Shown here: in pieces, positions 57,291 through 64,000 of the stretch
Numbering within the stretch: the first letter of the stretch is position 1
Layout: every line of letters starts with the position of its first letter
DNA from: Alphaproteobacteria bacterium
GTDB taxonomy: Bacteria; Pseudomonadota; Alphaproteobacteria; UBA828
Assembly (NCBI GenBank): GCA_965237415.1
Contig: CBDEFM010000002.1
Location: 1,280,001-1,344,000 of the forward strand
DNA length: 64,000 nt
Direction: 5' to 3'
The notes under the pieces: model-generated
What the model was told of the DNA's origin: nothing
The model's database searches: none
The model's input: the letters and a program-made list of their open reading frames with translations, nothing else
Made by a program: the position numbers and the translations under genes

Positions 57291-58505
57291 ATGGCGAAAA
57301 TCAAGGTCGCCAACCCCGTCGTCGAGATCGACGGCGACGAGATGACGCGGATCATCTGGGCGTGGATCAAGGACCAGCTGATCCTGCCCTACCTGGACAT
57401 CGACCTGCTCTATTTCGACCTCGGCGTCGAGCATCGGGATGCCACCGACGATCGGATCACGGTCGATTGCGCCGAGGCGATCAAGGAGATCGGCGTCGGC
57501 GTCAAGTGCGCGACCATCACGCCGGACGAAGCCCGCGTCGAGGAGTTCGGCCTCAAGAAGATGTGGCGCTCGCCCAACGGCACGATCCGCAACATCCTCG
57601 GCGGCACGGTATTCCGTGAGCCCATCATCTGCCGCAACGTGCCGCGCCTGGTCCCCGGCTGGCAGCACCCCATCGTGATCGGCCGCCACGCCTTCGGCGA
57701 CCAGTACCGCGCCACCGATTTCGTGGTGCCGGGCAAGGGCAAGCTCACGATCCGCTTCGAGCCCGAGAACGGGGGCGAGACGATCGAGCGGGAGGTGTTC
57801 GACTTCCCCGGCGCGGGCGTCGCGCTCGCCATGTACAACCTTGACGATTCGATCCGGGGCTTCGCCCGCGCCTGCATGAACTACGGGCTGGAGCGGGGCT
57901 GGCCGGTCTACATGTCGACCAAGAACACGATCCTCAAGTTCTATGACGGGCGCTTCAAGGACCTGTTCGACGAGATCTTCGAGGCCGAGTTCAAGGACCG
58001 CTTCGAGGCCGCCGGCATCGGCTACGAGCACCGGCTGATCGACGACATGGTGGCCGCCGCGCTCAAGTGGGAAGGCGCCTTCATCTGGGCCTGCAAGAAT
58101 TACGACGGCGACGTGCAGTCCGACACCGTGGCCCAGGGCTTCGGCTCGCTCGGCCTGATGTCCTCGGTGCTGATGTCGCCCGACGGCAAGACCGTCGAGG
58201 CCGAAGCGGCGCACGGCACCGTGACACGGCACTACCGCGCCTACCAGCGAGGCGAGGAGACCTCGACCAACCCGATCGCCTCGATCTTCGCCTGGACCCG
58301 CGGCCTCAAGCACCGGGGCCGGCACGACGGCAACCAGGCCCTCGCGGACTTCGCCGAGACGCTCGAGCGCTGCTGCATCGAGTGTGTGGAAGCCGGCGAG
58401 ATGACCAAGGACCTCGCCATCCTGGTCGGCCCCGACCAGGGCTGGCTCAACTCCAAGGATTTTCTGGACGCGATCGACCGCCGGCTCCGCGCCGCGATGG
58501 CGTAA
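57291..58505 (+). CDS. icd: NADP-dependent isocitrate dehydrogenase
   Basis: [45 protein letters not shown]. Confidence 0.97.
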   Translation: MAKIKVANPVVEIDGDEMTRIIWAWIKDQLILPYLDIDLLYFDLGVEHRDATDDRITVDCAEAIKEIGVGVKCATITPDEARVEEFGLKKMWRSPNGTIRNILGGTVFREPIICRNVPRLVPGWQHPIVIGRHAFGDQYRATDFVVPGKGKLTIRFEPENGGETIEREVFDFPGAGVALAMYNLDDSIRGFARACMNYGLERGWPVYMSTKNTILKFYDGRFKDLFDEIFEAEFKDRFEAAGIGYEHRLIDDMVAAALKWEGAFIWACKNYDGDVQSDTVAQGFGSLGLMSSVLMSPDGKTVEAEAAHGTVTRHYRAYQRGEETSTNPIASIFAWTRGLKHRGRHDGNQALADFAETLERCCIECVEAGEMTKDLAILVGPDQGWLNSKDFLDAIDRRLRAAMA

Positions 58506-58578
58506 GAACTGACGGCGTAACAGATAGCGTCAGGCGCGCTCCCCAAGCTGTCCGGGAGCGGCCTCACGGGCTTCCGCG

Positions 58579-60963
58579 TCAGAAGGAGACGCGCCAGCCT
58601 GACAGCAAGATCAATTCGGAGTCTGCGTTCTTGCGGTGGCCCGGCTCGCGGGAAAGTGTTGCACCGAGACGCAGCTCCCCGAGCTTCAACGGTTGTTTCC
58701 ATTGCAGCGCCAAGTCCACCTGCCTTCCACCGGGCTCGGCATCCAGCGTGACAGAGCTGCGGACCACCTCGCCCGCCGTCGTTCGTCCCGAAGGAACGGT
58801 GAGAAGCGCCTGACCGTCCTCCACCCGAAGCGGCTGTGACAGCGACACCATGAAGGCACCGCCGTCCGCAGTCGGCCGAGTGGCATGCAACGCGACCGCG
58901 CTGGTGATGAGAGGCGAGAATCCATCGAACAGGCCGTCGCGCGTCTGCGCATTCACGGTGCCGATCTCCGCAGTGCCACCGATGCGCCACTGACCGAGCT
59001 CCGCGTCGGCCTCGATTCCCGCGAACATTGCATTCGCCACAAGGTCCCCGAAAGCGCCTTCGGACGCGCTCCCAAGCAAGGTTTTCCGCTCGCCAAGCCA
59101 GCCGACACGCAGCCCGAGCAGGGCCTCGGGCGCCCGCCACGCGAGCGCCGCTCCCGACGCGGGATCCTGCCCGGTTAGGCCCTCCGTGGTGAGCGCGGTG
59201 GCGCTCAGGCTGGCTGCAATCGGGAAGGTTGCGACCAGGCTGCGTCCGGCAAGCGCGAAGTGACTGGCCTTCGCGGCGGCGGGCGCTCCGGACTTGACGA
59301 GATACAGGGCGGAAACCCCGCCGTCGGACTCCCCACGCGACTGGAGGATGGGGAGTCGGATGGTACTCGCGGAAGGGCCCTGCGCCCCCTGGATCGATAA
59401 CTGCTGAAAGTCGCGAAACCGCTCGTACAGCGAGGGCCTGACCGCAGCCGTCACAAAATTGTCAAAGTCGTACCAGAATGGCGCGCCAAGCGCATCGAAG
59501 GCAGCAATCTCGCGACTTGCGAGCGAAGGAACAAATGCATCGCCGAAGGCGGGGCCAACTTGCAAGCTTGTGTCGTGAATAACGGCACCAGGGCTTTCCA
59601 CACGTCCGCCCATCGTAACGACCGGCTCACCCACGGGCGAGGTTGCGGCACCCAAGTCCATGAGGCCGCGACCGTAAACCTCGGCGTCGGCGTATAGGCC
59701 GCCCCGGTCTGCCGTCTCGAGAAGACGCGCCAGCAGGTCCACGTTGGAGAGCTGGCCCCGGAAATACTGCTTCATCAGCGCAAGACCGCCAGTCACCATC
59801 GGTGCGGCGAACGATGTGCCGCCTGCATCGGCGACGGACCGGATGGGGTTGCCGTCCCGGCCCGGGCCGAAATAGGACACCCGGATATCGTCTCCCGGAG
59901 CCGCCAGGCAAGAGCCGGCCGCGATGCCGCAGCGGTTGGAGAAGTCGGCAATCTCGCCGTCCGGGCGTATGGCCACGACGGCGACCGTATTCTCCTGCAG
60001 CTCCGGGAAGCGTGCAGACAAACCGGACAGAATGTCCGCCGAGCTCGCCTTTACCTCGCCGTCGACGCACTGGGGTATCGGGATGTCGCATGCCGTGCCG
60101 TTCGCATTTCCCCCGGCCCAGACAAAGACGACTTTCTCTTCGGAGCCTTCCTGGGCAATTGAGGTGATCATCGCCGCGAAAGGTTCGCGAAGCACCTCTT
60201 CGCTGTAGTTCTCGATAATTCCCGAGACACCAAGGCTCAAGTTCAGGAAATCGATGCTCTGGGAACCGAACCGCCACGCGAGTATCTCTTCCACGGTCTC
60301 CGTAAAGAATTCTCCCACCTCTGGCAGCTCGCTCAACTCGATCGGGTCATACAACTCAGGAGCCTCGCCGAGCGGCATCGCGAAGACGACGAGGTCGGCT
60401 CCCCAGGCCACGCCCTGTGCGTCGTGCGGGAAACCGGGAATATCCTCTCCGGCAAGAACGCTTGCCACCGCCGTGCCGTGAGAGAACTCGTCTCCAACCT
60501 CATCGTTCGCGCCGGGAAGGAACCGCTCGATGACGGTTTTGTTCCGGAACGCGGGGTCTTCGCCGTCTACGCCCGTATCCAGAATGCCGACGATCACGCC
60601 CTCGCCGGGCGCAGTGTCGGGCCCGAACTGCAGTTCGAGATTTGCGTAGGCCTCATCGGCACCGATCGCTTCCAGGCCCCACTGGTTCTGGAAGCCCGGC
60701 TGCTCCGCGTATTCGCCCGCGATTTCCTCTACCAATGCTTCGAATTCGGGTTCGAGAACGCAACCCTGGTCATGGGTCTGGACGCATGCCACGGGGACAT
60801 CGTCCAAATCGTCTTCATCTCGAAAAATCCAGCAGGATGCCAGGATCAGGGACACGGCGCAGAGAGGGATCGCCACTCGTAACTGGATACCAAGAAGTCG
60901 GCGAATCCGGAGGTAAAGGGATCGATAGAGCCGGGGATAGATCGGCATTTCTCTCCGCACCAT
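58579..60963 (-). CDS. S8 subtilase with lipobox and C-terminal beta-barrel-like domain
   Basis: LDTG, HGT and GTSFAAP triad; LAS-C lipobox; ends in GWRVSF; start uncertain. Confidence 0.85.
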   Translation of the reverse strand: MVRREMPIYPRLYRSLYLRIRRLLGIQLRVAIPLCAVSLILASCWIFRDEDDLDDVPVACVQTHDQGCVLEPEFEALVEEIAGEYAEQPGFQNQWGLEAIGADEAYANLELQFGPDTAPGEGVIVGILDTGVDGEDPAFRNKTVIERFLPGANDEVGDEFSHGTAVASVLAGEDIPGFPHDAQGVAWGADLVVFAMPLGEAPELYDPIELSELPEVGEFFTETVEEILAWRFGSQSIDFLNLSLGVSGIIENYSEEVLREPFAAMITSIAQEGSEEKVVFVWAGGNANGTACDIPIPQCVDGEVKASSADILSGLSARFPELQENTVAVVAIRPDGEIADFSNRCGIAAGSCLAAPGDDIRVSYFGPGRDGNPIRSVADAGGTSFAAPMVTGGLALMKQYFRGQLSNVDLLARLLETADRGGLYADAEVYGRGLMDLGAATSPVGEPVVTMGGRVESPGAVIHDTSLQVGPAFGDAFVPSLASREIAAFDALGAPFWYDFDNFVTAAVRPSLYERFRDFQQLSIQGAQGPSASTIRLPILQSRGESDGGVSALYLVKSGAPAAAKASHFALAGRSLVATFPIAASLSATALTTEGLTGQDPASGAALAWRAPEALLGLRVGWLGERKTLLGSASEGAFGDLVANAMFAGIEADAELGQWRIGGTAEIGTVNAQTRDGLFDGFSPLITSAVALHATRPTADGGAFMVSLSQPLRVEDGQALLTVPSGRTTAGEVVRSSVTLDAEPGGRQVDLALQWKQPLKLGELRLGATLSREPGHRKNADSELILLSGWRVSF

Positions 60964-61025
60964 TTAACAGCTCGGCGGGGAGTTTGCTCGAGTTAGGCTG
61001 TCGCCCCCCTGCGACAGATTACCGG

Positions 61026-62732
61026 CTAAAACAGCCCGGTGATGTGGCCGTTCTCGTCGACGGCGATGTTGTCGGCGGCAGGCACGCGCGGCAGGCCCGG
61101 CATGGTCATGATCGCGCCGCAGATCACCACCACGAACTCGGCGCCGCCCGAGAGCCGCACCTCGCGGATCGACACCTCGAAGCCGCTCGGCGCGTTCTTG
61201 AGCGCGGCATCTGCCGAGAAGCTGTATTGCGTCTTCGCCATGCACACGGGGAAGTGCCCGAAGCCGCCGGCCTGGAGGTCGTCGAGCTGCCTGCGGACCT
61301 TGTCGTCCGCCGCGATGCCGTCGGCGCCGTAGATCTTCTTGGCGACGGTCTCGATCTTCTCCCAGAGCGTCAGATCGTCCGGGTAGAGAAGCTGGAAGGA
61401 CGAGGGCTTCGCCTCGATCGTGCCCACCACCTCGTGCGCCAGCGCCTCGCAGCCCGCACCGCCCATGGCCCAGTGATCGCACTCCACCGCCGCGACGCCC
61501 ATCTTGGCGCAGGCGTCGGCAACCAGCGCGCGCTCGGCCTCGGTATCGGCCGAGAAGCGGTTGATCGCCACCACCGCCGGCACGCCGTAGCTCCGGACGT
61601 TGCCGACGTGGCGGGCCAGGTTCTCCATGCCCGTGGCCAGCGCCTCCAGATTCTCGGCTCCGAGGTCCGCGCGCGCGATGCCGCCATGCATCTTGAGCGC
61701 CCGGATCGTCGCCACGATGACGGCGCAATCGGGCGCAAGGCCTGCCTTGCGGCACTTGATGTCGAAGAACTTCTCGGCGCCCAGATCGGCGCCGAAACCG
61801 GCCTCGGTCACGACGTAGTCGGCGAGCTTGAGCGCCGCCCTGGTCGCGATCACGGAGTTGCAGCCGTGGGCGATGTTGGCGAAGGGGCCGCCGTGGATGA
61901 GGGCGGGGTTGTTCTCCAGCGTCTGCACGAGGTTGGGCGCGAGCGCGTCCTTGAGCAGCGCGGTCATCGCGCCGTCCGCATTCATCGCGCTCGCGCGCAC
62001 CGGCTCGCGCTCGCGGGTGAGCCCGACCACGATGTTGCCGAGCCGCGCACGCAGCTCGTCGAGATTGCGCGAGAGGCAGAAGATCGCCATCACCTCGGAG
62101 GCCACGGTGATGTCGAAGCCGTCCTCGCGCGGGAAGCCGTTGGCCACGCCGCCCAGCGAGGAGACCACGCTGCGCAAGGCGCGGTCGTTCATATCCACGA
62201 CGCGGCGCCAGCTCACCCGGCGCGGGTCGATGCCGGCCTTGTTGCCCCAGTAGACGTGGTTGTCCACCAATGCCGCGAGCAGGTTGTTGGCGGCACCGAT
62301 GGCGTGGAAGTCGCCGGTGAAGTGGAGGTTGATGTCCTCCATCGGCACCACCTGCGCGTAGCCGCCGCCGGCAGCGCCGCCCTTCACGCCGAAGCAGGGG
62401 CCGAGGCTCGGCTCGCGCAGCGTTATGACCGCGTTCTTGCCGATCCGGTTGAGGCCGTCGCCGAGGCCGACGGTGGTGGTGGTCTTGCCCTCGCCCGCCG
62501 GCGTCGGCGTGATCGCCGTGACCAGGATCAGCTTGCCGTCGGGCCGGTCCTCCAGCGAGCCGATGTAGTCGAGGGTGAGCTTCGCCTTGTCGTGGCCGTA
62601 GGGGACCAGGTGCTCCGCCGCGATGCCGAGGCGGTCCTCGGCGAGATCGAGGATCGGGCGCTTCGTGGCCGCCCGTGCGATGTCGATATCGCTCTTGGGA
62701 TCGGTGTGCTGTGAGCCTGTGGGTTGGGCCAT
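61026..62732 (-). CDS. fhs: Formate--tetrahydrofolate ligase
   Basis: [37 protein letters not shown]. Confidence 0.97.
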   Translation of the reverse strand: MAQPTGSQHTDPKSDIDIARAATKRPILDLAEDRLGIAAEHLVPYGHDKAKLTLDYIGSLEDRPDGKLILVTAITPTPAGEGKTTTTVGLGDGLNRIGKNAVITLREPSLGPCFGVKGGAAGGGYAQVVPMEDINLHFTGDFHAIGAANNLLAALVDNHVYWGNKAGIDPRRVSWRRVVDMNDRALRSVVSSLGGVANGFPREDGFDITVASEVMAIFCLSRNLDELRARLGNIVVGLTREREPVRASAMNADGAMTALLKDALAPNLVQTLENNPALIHGGPFANIAHGCNSVIATRAALKLADYVVTEAGFGADLGAEKFFDIKCRKAGLAPDCAVIVATIRALKMHGGIARADLGAENLEALATGMENLARHVGNVRSYGVPAVVAINRFSADTEAERALVADACAKMGVAAVECDHWAMGGAGCEALAHEVVGTIEAKPSSFQLLYPDDLTLWEKIETVAKKIYGADGIAADDKVRRQLDDLQAGGFGHFPVCMAKTQYSFSADAALKNAPSGFEVSIREVRLSGGAEFVVVICGAIMTMPGLPRVPAADNIAVDENGHITGLF

Positions 62733-62812
62733 GGTCCACTCCCCTCCGCGTCTGCTCCGGCGGCCTGCCCCGCCGTCGCGCCGTGCCCGACGAGGGGGTG
62801 TGACGATGGGGG

Positions 62813-63586
62813 CTAGTGCAGCTTGGCCCAGACGCGTCGGTAGATGACGAACAGTACCGCCGTGAGAACGAAAACGAAGATCAGCACCTTGAGGCCGGTC
62901 TGCTTGCGCTCTTCCAGCTCTGGCTCCGCCGTCCAGGAGAGGAAGACGGTCACGTCGCGGGCGTGCTGAGCGAGGGTCATGGGCGTGCCGTCCACGTACT
63001 CTACAGCCTCGTCGTAGAGGGGCTCCGGCATGGCGATCTGCTGGCCCTGGTAGAAGTGGTTGAAGCTCATGCCGTCGGCGAGCTCCATCCCCTCGGGCGC
63101 CTCGTCCTCGTAGCCGGTCATCAGCGCGTAGATGTAGTCCGCACCGCCCTCCCGCGCCTTGATGATCAGCGAGAGATCCGGCGGCAGCGCGCCGCCGTTC
63201 GAGGCCCGCGCCTCGTTATCGTTGGCGAAGGGCGACGGCCAGTAATCGGAGAGCCGGGCGGAGCGGAAGAACATCTCGCCCTCGTCGTCGGGCCCGTCCT
63301 CGACCTCGTATTCCGCGGCGATCGCCTTCGCCTCCTCCTCGGTGAAGTCGATCTCCAGCAGATTGCGGAAGGCGATGTACTGGAGCGAATGGCAGGCGGA
63401 GCAGACTTCCTGGAACACCTGGAAGCCCCGTTGCAGCTCGCCCCGGTCGAAGGAGCCGAAGACGCCTTCGTGCTGCCAGTCCTGATCGGGAATGTCCACC
63501 GCGTCGCCGGCCGCGTGTGCGGCATGGCCGCCGAAGAGCGCGAGCGCGCCGATCACCAGCCCGGCCAAGAGCGCGCGCCGCATCAC
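62813..63586 (-). CDS. petC: Cytochrome c1
   Basis: [25 protein letters not shown]-terminal TM. Confidence 0.95.
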   Translation of the reverse strand: MMRRALLAGLVIGALALFGGHAAHAAGDAVDIPDQDWQHEGVFGSFDRGELQRGFQVFQEVCSACHSLQYIAFRNLLEIDFTEEEAKAIAAEYEVEDGPDDEGEMFFRSARLSDYWPSPFANDNEARASNGGALPPDLSLIIKAREGGADYIYALMTGYEDEAPEGMELADGMSFNHFYQGQQIAMPEPLYDEAVEYVDGTPMTLAQHARDVTVFLSWTAEPELEERKQTGLKVLIFVFVLTAVLFVIYRRVWAKLH

Positions 63587-64000
63587 GTCCGTTCCCCCGG
63601 CGTCGCAGACGCCGCAGCCCCAGCATCTGCCGGTGCCGCCGCAGACGCGTCCTCACCGCCGCCTTTCAGCACCGCCTGATGGATGCTTTCCGGCAGCCGC
63701 GTGGGCCGCTCGAACTTGCCGATGAGCGGCAGGATGAGGAGGAAGTGCGCGAAGTAGTAGCCGGTCGTTACCTGCCCGATCCAGATGAAGTTGCCCTCGG
63801 GCGTGTTGGCGCCGACCCAGCCGAGCGCGATGCAGTCGACGACGAAGACCCAGAACGCCCACTTGTAGATCGGGCGGAAGCGCGCACTGCGGACTCTGGA
63901 TGTATCCAGCCAGGGCAGGATGAAGAGGATGAAGATCGAGGCGACCATCGCCACGACGCCGCCGAGCTTGTCCGGGATCGCGCGCAGGATCGCGTAGAAC
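63583..64000 (-). CDS. petB: Cytochrome b, 3' part (truncated by window edge)
   Basis: [33 protein letters not shown]. Confidence 0.93.
   Translation of the reverse strand, partial: FYAILRAIPDKLGGVVAMVASIFILFILPWLDTSRVRSARFRPIYKWAFWVFVVDCIALGWVGANTPEGNFIWIGQVTTGYYFAHFLLILPLIGKFERPTRLPESIHQAVLKGGGEDASAAAPADAGAAASATPGERT

Noticed and set aside
60964-61039. Possible target-site duplication near the S8 gene (aacagctcgg vs aacagcccgg)
   Set aside because: Too short, imperfect and on the same side of the gene.

Overview
GC-rich alphaproteobacterial chromosome segment, probably Rhodospirillales-like (inferred from petB/petC, icd, fhs, korAB, tesA-ybbA-ybbP, LysM-LOG synteny and REP-type palindromes). 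About 57 genes: housekeeping genes on the right, many stand-alone catabolic enzymes on the left and centre. I found no rRNA, tRNA, CRISPR, integrase or transposase. Main points of interest: (1) a dispersed non-coding element in two inverted copies (928-1250 and 35575-35783) with conserved ends, a variable core and 6-7 helically phased GGGA boxes; (2) a tmoABCD soluble di-iron monooxygenase cluster lacking tmoE/F, bracketed by that element and a REP-like palindrome; (3) a 1074-bp integrase-free islet carrying a HicAB-like pair between two copies of the tcuA 5' end; (4) a BacNav-type channel with a Ca-channel-like TLDNWTD filter; (5) a LysM protein with 21 x 33-aa acidic repeats; (6) a degenerate MlaF-like ATPase; (7) lower-GC heparinase II/III and lipoprotein S8 autotransporter-like genes. 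All calls come from motif recognition by eye; no database searches were run.
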